Assembly (NCBI GenBank): GCA_951406725.2
Contig: OX597836.1
Coordinates: 22,258,001 to 22,322,000, forward strand
Origin: Octopus vulgaris
Lineage: Eukaryota
Direction: 5' to 3'
Length of the DNA stretch: 64,000 nucleotides
Both the position numbers and the translations under genes were made by a program. Below the pieces are notes generated by a model. The model was not told the origin of the DNA, searched no databases, and saw only the letters and a list, made by a program, of their open reading frames with translations. This document shows, piece after piece, positions 13,883 through 26,674 of the stretch (its first letter is position 1; each line of letters starts with the position of its first letter).

Positions 13883-14538
13883 TTACATCGTCATGGTCAT
13901 CGTTACCATTTTTGTCAATAAGAGACCCCAGAAAATGAACGGATTTGGGTATATGGGGAGCCGAATTATTCGATTTGTTACGAATTTTGACACTATTACC
14001 AGCAGGGGGGTTCAAAATGGGGGTTAACTGAACATTATTATCATTGTCATTTGCAATTTGATTGGCTGACGAACTTTGCTGCTGCCTAGTAGAACTTAAA
14101 CTAGTGGATATACCATTGAAATCTGACTTAACACTTCTGCCGGGGACATGATCGCTGGACTCTGCATTCTCTATGCTTTGAGCGGCATTTGTTCGACCGA
14201 CACCGACATCCTCACAATTCTCGTCGGCATTGTCGTTTTCGAGCTTATCGTGCTTGGTAGCCATAGCCGGTTGGCTGTGGCTGCGTGCTGACTCGAGTTT
14301 TGGTGAATTCAAGGAGCGGCTTCCAGACAACGAACTTTCACTGTGCACCTCAGCAGTTTCGACCCTCGCCGAAGAAGCGATGCAGTTGTTGTCCTGTGCA
14401 TTTTCAGCCAACACATGCGAGCCACTTGAGGCGGTGCTGTTCTGGCTGACATGGAAATCTGAAGAATTTAGAGTAGTTGTTTTCTGATGGCTTTTTGGTG
14501 TGGCACTTGTACTTCTGCTATTACGACCACTCACAGAC
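10065..14538 (-). CDS. FARP: Giant (4474 bp) probable terminal exon of the FARP-family gene, ~1490 aa acidic Ser/Asp/Asn-rich low-complexity region
   Basis: Uninterrupted ORF with higher GC than its flanks. The acceptor ttgttgcag|G at 14538 is phase 2, matching the FA exon donor (AG+G = Arg, then SVSGRNSRS). Stop TAG at 10065-10067. Linkage to the FERM exons is inferred from phase and strand. Confidence 0.82.
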
Positions 14539-15070
14539 CTGCAACAATAAAACAGAACCAAATTACAAAGAACTCATATAATACATCACAAACTACTGTC
14601 ACCAAAAATGAGAAACGGAACTGTAACGAAGATATCATCCATAAGATTCTATAATTAATAATTAAAATAATAATGGTTTCAAATTTTGGCACAAGGCCAG
14701 CAATTTCAAGGGAGGAGATAAACTGATTACATCAAACCCAGTGTTCAAATGGTTCTTATTTTATCGACCCAGAAAGGATAAAAAGCAAAGCCGACCATGA
14801 CAGAATTTGAACTCAGAACATAAAGACGGATGAAAATCTGTTAAGCATTTTGGCTGGTGTGCTAATGATATATATATATATATATCAAAATAAGCAACAG
14901 GATATCAAGTAGTGATGCTGTATGACCATTTCAAGGAGCTCCATTTAATTGAACAATGCAATCATTACATCAATTTAAAAGTAGTGCCATCTTCAGCTGC
15001 ACAAATAAATAAATAGAATTTTAACAAGTAGGACACATTAATATAATTTTACTCATATATATACATACAT

Positions 15071-15105
<35 letters not shown>

Positions 15106-15807
15106 GGCACACATGAATAGAGCAATAAGTGTTTAGAGTGACTGTTTTCCATTAAGTCTGTATTAACCTTACTTTTGTCTCTTAAACATTTTATATAAAT
15201 TAATTTTTTAATCTAAGAAAATATTTTGCAAACACACACACACACACACAGACAAAAATAGTTCAGCCCTAAGTCAATCCTGAACTTTTTAGCATCCAAA
15301 CTTGCCAAATCTGGCCCAAATATTCTACCCGTTTTGGGTTCAAATTGGCCAGATCCAGCCTCTCACACCTACCTAACAGTGTCATTCAAGCAATATACAA
15401 TCACATCTTCAAAACCATGAAGCTATGGTTAATTCAAAGCAATATGAATAATTAAGCCATCACATTTGAGAGAATAATCTGAATGCTAAAGGGTTAAACA
15501 TATTCCAACAGAGCTATGTATGATAACTCTTCCAGCCCATGACCATTCCAGCCTTTTAATCAGACAGTGCCTAAGGTTCATATATATGGTCTAATACATA
15601 CATGCGTGCATGCGCGCGTGCGTGTGTGTGTGTGTGTGAGGTTGTATTTCAGAAAAGTCATCTCCATTAATTAAACACAAGATGTTATTGTTTTTCTCCA
15701 CTTTTTTCACTCACATATCAGTTCCTAATTAATGGCAAGGAAAACACCACCAACACACATTAGTATTGATTAAAATGTACTGTCACACACATACATTTAT
15801 ATATATA

Positions 15808-16218
15808 CTAGCAGCATAGCCCGGCGTTGCCCGGGTATGTAAGAGCCCCTAGTAGGCAACGACTAATCCCAATCTAGTCTTTTCCCTCTAGGGAACGAAG
15901 GCGCATGTGTAGGTTGCAATGTCTTCTCTTTACTCGAATACTTCTGTGTATACATTGTTCCTAGCTGTCGAGTTGTGTCCCCTAGACAGAAAATGTGTTG
16001 CATATAAAAAGCTTAGATTCTCGACCCCATGTCGAATTTATCGATTTTTTTCAGAACTGGGGGAACTTTTCAAAATTTTCGCTGCGTTAGTTTTGAATGA
16101 TGACATTGGGCTATGTGTGTGTCAAGTTTCATCAGAATCGGTTGAAAGCCGTGGTCAGAGTGAGGGTACAACCTGACAGACACACAGACAGACTAACTGC
16201 CGTTTATATAGAGAGAGA
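15808..16218 (-). mobile_element. Non-autonomous Helitron
   Basis: On the minus strand: A|TC start, subterminal GC hairpin CCCGGGCAACGCCGGG, CTAG|T end, no TSD. Confidence 0.85.
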
Positions 16219-16252
16219 TACACATACATACATTACATACGTACATATATTT

Positions 16253-17011
16253 AAGGTGTGTTCCAGAAGTTTTGAGACATTTTTAGGAGAAGCAGTTATA
16301 ACTGCCCTTGAGTATTGCAATGTTAGTATATCATTACTGTACATCTAATAACCTGACTTGCCTATCGTTGTTATTCCAGATTGAAGGAGTGTATTCAAAG
16401 TCCTGTAACACACTTTGAACACACCCTACTAAACACTGCTTGTCACAGCTGTCTAGTTTGCAGAATGCAATTAAGTATGTGAAGACAATTTCAAAGCTGC
16501 CTATGCAATAAAGTTTTCTGTTAAACTGGGTAAAAAAATATCAAAGAAACTTATGAAATGGTTCGCACTCCTGATGGGTTTGGGCAAGCCAGAATGCTCG
16601 TGGATTAACCAAGTGTTTGTTTTTGCAGGCACAAGAGGCTGGGCAAAGCAAGTCCACCGAGAAGCTCATGATGATCCCTAGTCCTTTTGTTCATTACAGC
16701 TAGGGTATCATCAACATCCAGTGGGTACTTTGTGGTAGTTTTGAGGGAGTCCAGGAAGAGATTTCATTGTGGAATGCCAGAGCACCTGCACAAGTCCAAA
16801 ATTCCATCCTGGCAACCAACTACTTGCTGTGACAAGGGATCAGGATACCTTCACTTAAGAGGATTCCCATGGGGCCTTCAAAAAGTGGCTGGAGCACTAC
16901 AAATGCATTGAAGTCAGAGGTACTTTGAAGGAGATTATGATTTTGTACTTGTTTGAAATTAATAAATGTCTTGCCTAAAAAATAGGACTCAAACCTTCTG
17001 GAATGCACCTT
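16253..17011 (+). mobile_element. Internally deleted Tc1/mariner-type element
   Basis: Imperfect TIRs aaggtgtgttccagaagttttgag / ctcaaaccttctggaatgcacctt and an 'IKFSVKLGK' HTH remnant. Paralogous to 62790-63610. Confidence 0.7.
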
Positions 17012-17052
17012 GTGTGAGTGTGTATATATATTGGTCAACTTTGCCATTGGTG

Positions 17053-17094
<42 letters not shown>

Positions 17095-17164
17095 TTTGAG
17101 GGAATATTATTCCAAACTTACAGGGAAAAATTCAATTTAGAAATACTAAATCAAATTTCAAAAA

Positions 17165-17194
<30 letters not shown>

Positions 17195-17203
<9 letters not shown>

Positions 17204-17385
17204 GAAAAACCACCTTTTATCAATTCAAAATGAACAATTAAATTACACCATCTAGAAAATTACATATAGTAGAAATATTAAAATTAAAATAATAATTTTA
17301 ATATTTCTATTATATGTAATTTTCTAGATAGTGTAATTTAACTGTTCATTTTGAATTGATAAAAGGTGTTTTTTTCTAATTTATA
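17195..17385. repeat. AT-rich near-perfect palindrome (~90-bp arms) between (TA)n tracts
   Basis: ctagaaaaaccaccttttatcaattcaaaatgaac... mirrored by ...gttcattttgaattgataaaaggtgtttttttctaa. Confidence 0.85.
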
Positions 17386-17717
17386 TATATATGTATGTAT
17401 ACATGCAGATAGCTAGCTAGTTAGATAGATCAATAGATAGATACAGCAAAGACAAAGTTGATCAATGCAGTATTTAAACTTTGAGAGGAAAGAACTGAAA
17501 CAAAGACTGTTATGACATTATGTCCAATGTGTTTAACAATGTTGCCATTGCACATCTTGAAATGAGTACAAGACAGAACTGGAAAAAAAAGAGGAAAGAA
17601 AAAAAAACAAGAGCTGAACAATGAATAAATAATTGAGACAGGATAAACATCAGCATAATTACATTTTCAGTTGTTATAAAAACATATTGAAGAAGCAAAT
17701 AACTAAGCAATGTGGTA

Positions 17718-17751
<34 letters not shown>

Positions 17752-17910
17752 TGGTAAAAACAGTAAGATAACAAAAGAAAGAAAGAGACCTCAATATTAT
17801 GTAAATAGAGGAATTTTATCTGTAAATTAATATGTTACCATTATACAATAGTCAAGATAAAACTCTGAGTTTCAGATGCCAAAATGGAAAACCACAACAC
17901 CATCTCTGCA

Positions 17911-17971
17911 GATAACCGAAGAGATGGTGTTGTAGTTTTCCACTTCGGCATCTGAAACTCAGAGTTTTATC
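17911..17971 (+). ncRNA. Hammerhead-like motif with extended stem II, inside the 17817-18010 palindrome
   Basis: GATAA-CCGAAGA-GATG...CATCT-GAAA-CTC(A)GAG-TT-TTATC. Paralog on the minus strand at 36130-36190 with core CTCAAGA. Confidence 0.55.
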
Positions 17972-18038
17972 TTGACTATTGTATAATGGTAACATATTAA
18001 TTTACAGATATATATATATATAAACACACACATATATA

Positions 18039-19314
18039 TTGAGTCATCCCATAAATAATGTGGTTTTTTTCAATTGCATGAACTAAAAGTTGGAGGGAGA
18101 CAGGATAAACCACCTGCATCAACTTGCTATAAAAGTAGGTAGTAATTTTGCCTTGTGCTTATTCTTAGTGCAAGTTTTGAAGAGTGCAATTCGATTTTAA
18201 CAGTTCTTTTTTTACAAAGCTATAATGGAAGTGACAAAGGAGCATATTCAGCATATTTTGCTTTATGAGTTCAATAAAGGCAACAATGCAATGGAAAGCA
18301 AGAGGAATATTAATATAGTATATGGGGATTGGACAATAAGCGTAAGCCAGCGTCAACGATGGTTCCAGAAATTCCAAGTCGGAAACTACAGCCTAGAAGA
18401 TGAGCTTCCTTCTGGAAGATCTGTAGAGCTTGTCGAGGACATCCTGCAAACCCTGGTGCAACAAAATCCCACCGTAACTGTTGGGGAACTAGCAGAGAAG
18501 CTTAGATTTGGTCATTCAACCATTCATCGATACCTGTGTGCCATCAGAAAAGTCAGTCAATTGGGTCGATGGGTTCCTCACGAACTTTCCCAGTCTAATC
18601 ATGCACAGAGAGTGAATGTGTGCTCTTCTTTACTGTCACATCTCAAGAATGAACCTTTTTTGAACTGAATAGTGACTGGTGATGAGGAATGGATTCTCTA
18701 TAAAAATGTCAAGTGGCGAAGACAGTGGGTAGAGAAAGGAGAAATACCAGCACCCCAAGCTAAAGAAGGTTTTCACCCACGTATGGTATTGTTATTTGTT
18801 TGGTGCGATATGAAAGGTTTAGTCCACTCTGAACTTTTAAACCCAAACCAAGTGATAACAAAGGAGATCTACAGCAAAGCAGCTTAAGTCAGCACTAGAA
18901 GGAAAACAACTGTCTTTGCTTTCAAGACGAAAGGTGTTCTTCCATCAGGATAATGCTTGGCCACATACAGCGAGGATGACTTTCCAAAGGCTGGAGCAGT
19001 TTGAATGGGAAATGATGCCCCACCCACAATATTCACCAGACATTGTCCCATCTGATTATCAATTATGCCCCAGTCTTCAAAATCATTTGGATAGAAAAAA
19101 TATGAATTCTGTAGATGAGGTCAGGACACTACTGGAGGAGTATTTTTCATCATGGACAAGTGAATTTTGGAAGAGGGACCTTGTAAGTCTACCAGATAGA
19201 TGGAAGAGCATTGTAGAAAATGAAGGAGTGTATATTTTAAAAAAGAACTTTATTTTAATTTTGGAAAAATAAAAGAAGTATAAAAAAAACTGCATTATTT
19301 ATGGGATGACCCAA
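18039..19314 (+). mobile_element. Full-length but inactivated mariner (DD34D) transposon
   Basis: TIRs TTG(A/G)GTCATCCCATAAATAATG..., TA flanks, 1276 bp. Transposase motifs WVPHEL, VTGDEEW, HQDNA and YSPDIVPSDY, with 34 aa between the 2nd and 3rd Asp. Broken by a stop at ~18666 and a frameshift at ~18880. Confidence 0.95.
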
Positions 19315-19547
19315 TATATTACACATATATATAAAAGAAGAGAGAGGAGACAGACATAAACATAATTATACAGACTCATATATATATCTATATATATATG
19401 TATACACACACACACGCGCGCGCGCGCACAAATGAGCCCATAACTGCAAATACCAAAGGTAGAGTAATACACTTTTCTTAAAGCTGCAAAATTATCACAA
19501 AACTCTGATTAACAGTTTTGTGATAATTTTGCAGCTTTAAAAAAAGT

Positions 19548-19605
<58 letters not shown>

Positions 19606-19608
19606 GAC

Positions 19609-20871
19609 ATGGTTGGCCAAAAAATGTATTCAACTTTTGTCAACACAAAATTTCAAGCAATTTAATACATAGCCAACTTCAGGCCATCTCCTGCACATGT
19701 GCACCTGTTGGATACTTGACACTTCAGCATAGTTTGATGCTAACTTTTGATGAGACAGGTTGTATTTTTTGTGTGCTTGGGATCACCATGAAAATGGAGA
19801 ACCAAAAGGAACATCGTCACCTCAGACATTTTTTTTTTATTTTAAGAAAAGCAAGAAAGCAGCAGAAAGCTATGTGCTCTTTACAGAGAGGACAGCGTTA
19901 CAGAACATCTGCCAAAAGTGGTTTTCAAGATTTCAATCAGATGCACCTTGCTCTGGTTAACCAACTGAGATTAACAGCAACAAAATAAAGAGAGTTGACA
20001 TCAACCCTCATTATATGACAAGGATTAGTGCAAATATTCTTCAAATATCCAAATCAAGTGTTGAAAACAATTTGCATCAACCTGATTAAGTCAGCAGGCT
20101 TGATGTTTCAATCCCACATCAGTTGAATGAGGTTAAGCTCAACCAATAGATTTCCATCTGCAATTCATTGCAGAGAAACAATGAAAACTATTATTTTTTA
20201 AAGAGCATTGTTACAGGGGATGGAAAATGGACTGTTTATAACAATGTGAAGTGCAAATGACCATAGGGAAATGCAGCAAACCACCATAAACACCCTTCAA
20301 AGCAGGACATTACCTGAAGAGGGTTATGCTTTCAATTTGGTCGGTTTGAAAGGGTGTTGTCTCTTATGAGCTTTTTTTTCCCCCACAGACAGGACCATCA
20401 GTTCAGATGTGTACTGTGACCAGCTAGACAAACTGAATGCAGTGATTCATCAGAAACATCTGGCACTTGCCAATTGTAAGGGCATTGGTGTTCTTCATGA
20501 CAATGCCAGACTGCACACTTCTTTACAGCCATGGCAGAAGTTACTGGAGATTGGCTGGGAAGTTTTGCAGCAGCATCCATATTCACCTAACCTTGTGCCT
20601 TCAGATTTCCACATGTTTTAGTCTATTCACAGTTCACTGAATGGACAAACCTTCAACTCTGAAGAGAGTGAAAAAATTCACCTGGAAGTGTTTTTCACTA
20701 CTGAAGACAGAAAATTCTTTAAGCAGGGAATAATGGATTTGTCCATTATTGGCAGAAGATACTGGAACAAAACTGTAATTATATCATTGATTAACTAAAA
20801 AGGTTTGTACTTAAAACTTGTGTCTTATTTTCACTTAAGAAAAAAAATGAAGACGTTTTTGGCCAACCCAA
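19609..20871 (+). mobile_element. Second, older mariner-family copy (different subfamily)
   Basis: TIRs GGTTGGCCAAAAA / TTTTTGGCCAACCCAA|TA. Remnant motifs VTGDGKW, LHDNARLHT and HPYSPNLVPSDFHMF, with many stops and frameshifts. Confidence 0.88.
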
Positions 20872-21678
20872 TATATATTACACAGATGGAATATTACAGA
20901 TTGCAATAAAAGTACAATTGTAGGTAAGCATAAAAATAGCAAAAAAGACAAGAATTGCTGCATGTGTCTGCTTGCGTGCATTCATGCACACATGTGATAG
21001 TTAAATTGTGTTGAAAGAATTTAAAAAAAAAACATCAAATCCAACAAATTCGCTCATACATGTACTCAAGATCGTTGTAAATATGTAGATTGCATTTTTT
21101 TATTAATGAAGTTTCATAGGCACAGGTGTGGCTGTGTGTTAAGAACCTTGGTTCCCAACCTCATGTTTTTGAGTTCACTCCTACAGTATGGCACCTTGGG
21201 CAGGTGTCTTATTTGATAGCCTTGGAAATGGAAAGAGGCTCATTATGTGTGTGTGTGTATGTATATAAAGAGATCGATAGATACACACATGCACACATGT
21301 ATGTGTGTCTTTGCACTTGTACTTACCCATCCCCACCCCACCCACACTTGACAATCAGTTTTGGTGTATTTATATCCCAATAAATTACTAGTTTGGCAAA
21401 AGGTACCGATAGAATAAGTACCAAGCTTTAAAAAAATATATAAGTATTGGGGGGCGGGGGTCAATTCATTCAACTAAAAATTCTTCAAGGTGGTGCCCCA
21501 GCATGGCCACATACTCACAACTGAAACAAGTAAAGGATAAAAGATAGAAAGATGATAAGACATTTGTCATGGATGAAGTAACCAACCCAGTTCAATCTTC
21601 CTCAATATCTAACTGGTACTTATTGCTATCGACCCCGGAATGAAGTACAGAGCACAAAGGACCCTCAACCATAGAATT

Positions 21679-23238
21679 ATCATCATCATCATCATCACTA
21701 ACATTATCATCACTGTCATCATCATGGTTACCATCATTATCATCATCTTGTCCATTTCTCATTCAGGGTTACTGTCCTCCTAAACAAGTCTCACTTGCAT
21801 GTCCTAATTCTTGGCATGGTTTCTACGAATGGAAGCCCTTTCTTACACTGACATAATGCAGTGCATGCTGGAAAATACTTCCAGGTGAATTTTTACACCC
21901 TCTTCAGAGTTGAAGGTTTGTCCATTCGGTGAACTGTGAAGAGACTAAAACATGTGGAAATCTGAAGGCACAAGGTTGGGTGAATATGGAGGGTGCTGCA
22001 AAACTTCCCAGCCAATCTCCAGTAACTTCTGCCATAGAATTTGAAATGGATGGGAACTAAATAACATAAACACTTATCTCTCCTTTTGGTATTTTTCTTT
22101 GCTTTGTGCATTTCTCAAGCTGGCAAAGTCTGTTACTAATGATTTCTTATATTTGGCATGGCACCAACAGGAGAAGGAAATATTGAACTGTAATACGTTA
22201 TGTTTGTACCTAATGCTTAGGTGTATTGATTGCAGAGTGGAGAGGCGGGTGGGGGGGGGGGAGTGAAAGGTAAAATTGACAAAGGTGTGATTTGATCTCA
22301 GAAATCTGAGATTAATATCAAATATCAAGGTAGGGTAGTGGTGATGGTAGTGACTCTGGGTTGAGTTAATGTAGAGTTAAGTGCATATGTGTTTGGAGGA
22401 AGGGCATATGACTGGAGCTAGGTTGTGTGTGTGTGTGTGTGCATCTAGTCAGCCCTCCTTCTAGGGTGGCTGGCACTGTGGTGGAGGTGATTGTGACGTT
22501 AGGAGGTTGCAGGTGGCATCCAGCTGTAAAAACCACAATAAATAACAAGAACACATGTACTATATAAGAACAAAGATAGCGTTTTATCATTGTTGGATCT
22601 GAAAGGGAGGCAGGGTTATGGGTTGCCACGGAGCCAAGCAAACCTTGAGACAGGCAAAAAAAAAACCCAGAGAGACAGGCATAAAAATGAAGGTAAAATC
22701 GAAAATTCCAGGGATTTGGCAGACTTAAGAATTACACTATATAACACAACTTTTGTCCTTGGGTAGCAACTGTTATTTCCAAAGTATGAAAAATATCTCA
22801 TATTTCCTTCAAACTTTGCTTTTGTTACATTTATTCCCACCCCAAAGAATCCCTCTCACTACATGGCTATGTTAATCTCCCCCACCGCCCACTACGCCTG
22901 CTCATGATCAGAGATGCACATATTGTTAGTTACTGAGGGACATGCTCAAACTGGTTGAGCATGGCCATTCAGTTTTCATTTTCTCCCTATATTGGTCCAA
23001 GATGATGGTGCATTGCAGCGGTGATGCCATGCAAAATGCATCCAGCATGCACTGCATTATGTCGGTGTAAGAAAGGGGTCCCATTCGTAGAAACCATGCC
23101 AAGAATTAGGACATGCAAGTGAGACTTGTTTAGGAGGGCAGTAACCCTGAATGAAAAATGGACATGATGATGATAATGATGATAATGGTGGTAACCATGG
23201 TGATAACAGTGATAATAATGTTAGTGATGATGATGATG
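21679..23238. repeat. Long inverted repeat, arms 21679-21872 and 23041-23238
   Basis: ~195-bp arms with only scattered mismatches, including an exact run (aaacaagtctcacttgcatgtcctaattcttggcatggtttctacgaatgg). Spacer ~1.17 kb. Confidence 0.9.
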
Positions 23239-26200
23239 CCAAGTGTATCAAAGACTACATAATCTAACATGTCCTTCTTTACTTGAGGTCGGTATGGTAT
23301 GATTTGAGTGGTATTTGGTAGCTATTTTCTTATCAGCAGATCAATCACTATGAACAAGGTTTCCTCACCAGTTTTAATGCACACAACTGTTTATTATACA
23401 GTAAGAGAGTGAACCCTGACCCCTTATAATATGAAAAATGACCCTCCAATCTCACCATCTATCACCTATGCAATATTTACCCGATCTGCTAAATTTCTGA
23501 ATGGAGAGGAATCTCTTACTGACATTTTGATAAATCCTACCCAGCCACACACAAATACATGCATGTGTGTGTGTGTGCATGTATGTATAAATATATGTGT
23601 GCAAGTCTATGTATATATACATGTGTGTGTGTGTGTGTGTATATATATGTGCATATATATATATGTGTGTGCATATATATATATATGCATGTATGTGTGT
23701 ATATATATATACAATAAGTACGTACTTATTGTATGCATATATGTATACATATATGTATGAATGTATGCACATATATGTATGTATGTATGTATGTATGCAC
23801 ACATGCTCATACATACTAAAGCATATGTGTATGAACCGTTCTGAAAAAGTCGAGTCAATCATTCGTCTATATTCCTCCCATATTCCGTCACACCAAGAAA
23901 TAGTCTTTTTAAGGTTTGGGAAATCACAGTAAAAGCATTGAACAAAAACATGGCAGCCAACAGACAACACACACACACCACTGCGAAATATTAACCCAGA
24001 TCAATAAAGAAATATCAATAGGTAATTTTTCAACTGTCCACTCCAATCACCTCTGGCGTTGTTTTCTGGTTTCCTCTAAGGATCCTTCATCCACACCTTA
24101 ATACATTAAGTTCTCTTTAATCAATGACTGCCTGTTAAAATTACCATTGCGATTTCTTCACTACATATGTATAGAATATATTGTACAGATGTACAATACA
24201 TTCTACATTCAATCTAACATATTTACACATTTTACATGTGATGTGTTAAAATCAGCAATCATCATCATCATCATCACTGGCCTGGCATCCATCTCGTTTT
24301 TGTCTTCTGTCAATAAATATCTCCTATGTTACCTGACAATTCAATAATGTCACAAGGCAACAAGTAGAAGCCTTTGTTCATTTGCTTGTTTCCGTTTTAT
24401 GCCTGTTTTTCCGTGCTAGCATGGGTTAGATGGATATGGAATTGAGGAATTGTTTTTCAAGTAAGGGATTTGTTATTCCACATGGCTCTGAAGGTAATGC
24501 AGTCAATGGACAATATACTGATGTTTCAACAACACATGTAAACAAACACATTCTCATACAAGGGATAATTACACACACATGTTCACCTACAGGAAGGCAG
24601 ACAGAGTATACACACAAGTTTCTTTGCAGTATCCATCAACCAAATCTACTCACAAAGAATTGGTCAGCCTGAGGCCATAGCAGAAAATGTCCAAGGTGCT
24701 GTACAGTGGGACTGAACTTGAAGTCACTTGGTTTGAAAGTGAACTTCTCAACCACAGAGCCATGCTTGTATGGTTGTTTTAACTTGTTGGATATAACAGT
24801 TAAATCTCTTCCAAATTTCACCACCTTACTATTTTCAAAAGAAGGAATTACACTGGAGAGTGTAAGCTTAGATATATGTGTAGGTGAGATGATCATGGCT
24901 AGAACCCCTTTCATTGACCTGGGTTTAATCAACAACAATCTACTGATACCAACCCACCTGCCCTTGGACCTATAATACAAGCTTCCTATTTTAAAATGAT
25001 TAACACTTTCCATTAAAGATATTGTCAATTAGGTTCAAAATCCAGTTTAGAATTGAAACAAAAGGTTTTCTATTCCAACAAGAAAATGCTAAGAAAATGG
25101 TTAGACTGATCTAAATTAAAACCATCCTCCATCAAACTTTCATGTAAATTTGTGTTCAAACAGCAGCTTAATAATGGTTTAAAAATTTGGCACAAGACCA
25201 GCATGTTTGGGGGAAGGGGATAAGTTGATTACATCGACCCCAGTACTCAACTGGTACTTATTTTATCAACCCAAAAAGGATGAAAGGCAAAGTTGATCTC
25301 AGTAGAATTTGAAATCACAACATAAAGATGGACTAATGCTGCTAAGTGTTTTACTTGCCCCACTAATGACCCTACCAACCCAGAACCTTACAGTACCCTT
25401 AAATATTGATTTCAAATTTTGGCACAAGGCCAGCAATTCCAGGGGAGGGGATAAGTTGATTACATCGACCACAGTGCTCAACTTGTACTTATTTTATCAA
25501 CCCAAAGAGGATGAAAGGCAAAGTCAACCTCAGTGGAATTTGAACTCAGAATGTAAAGACATACAAAATGTCACTAAGCATTTTACCAGATGTGCTAACA
25601 ATTCTGCCAGCTCACCACCTCACACCAGCTTAATAATGACAAAACTGTTTTACTAAATTCTTCACTCTTTTCAAAATCAATTGAAACAAAGGCAGTGTGT
25701 TTCAGCAGAAACACGATGCCAAAGGGTTAAAATCTGATCTTGTATACTGCCATAACTCTTAGATAAGGAGTTCTTGGCAAATCCCCAAGAATTTATAACA
25801 GACCATGATTCCAATATGTGACAGATATTCTCTTATACTGAGTCCTTTCCTTCCTTGTCGATAAATTCCAAAAATAAATTGTGATGTGTGTGTATATATG
25901 AGTATGTAAGTGTATGGGGTGGGGTGTATAATGGTACAGGAATATATGTTTGTCTGATAAGCAAGTATATTTGTATGTGTTCCAAGAAACACAAACCAGT
26001 GGAATAGAGGAATGGAGAGAAGTGTTTCTTAGAGAAAGAAATACAATATATATTATATTTTATATGTGTGTTTATATATATATATATACACACACGCACA
26101 CACACTTATGTAAATATGTGTGTGTGTAAATATGTATATATGTCAATTTATATCTCAATAAAGGTGATAAAACTGCCCCCAACGACAGCCAAGCCCACAG

Positions 26201-26674
26201 AAATATGTGTGTAATATACTGGAAGATATATCATTATGATGGATGTGATATCAGCATGAGGGTATGATACTGATATGACAAATAGGATACGAGATATGCA
26301 ATATATCGGCTAATATTCTGATAGCAAACAAACAAATGTGTGTGTGTGTGTGTACATGTGTGTGTTTGTTTTGAAATTTATATTAAAATCTTCCATCATA
26401 ATTTTAAATCATCTTTTAAGTTCTGAGCACTGGCTTAATAATATTATAAAAGCTAGCGACTTTATTAAATTATTAAAATTCTTGATTATTTGTAAAATGG
26501 ATTAAAATATCTCAGGTGTACATTAGGCGTAACTGTGTGGTTGAGAGATTTACCTAGCAACAAGGTAGATTCAGGTTCCATCCCACTGAATGGCACCTTG
26601 GGAAAATGTTTTCTTCATTGTCTCAGCTCAACCAAATACGTGCAAGTAGATTTGGTATGCAGAAAGTGAGAGAA

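Noticed and set aside
10229-14487. Plus-strand ORFs overlapping the giant exon
   Set aside because: Antisense shadows of a biased-composition coding frame.
14539-14561. ORF-track 'start' MVLFYCC of the 1498-aa ORF
   Set aside because: It is a non-ATG start lying in the polypyrimidine tract and acceptor; the exon starts at 14538.
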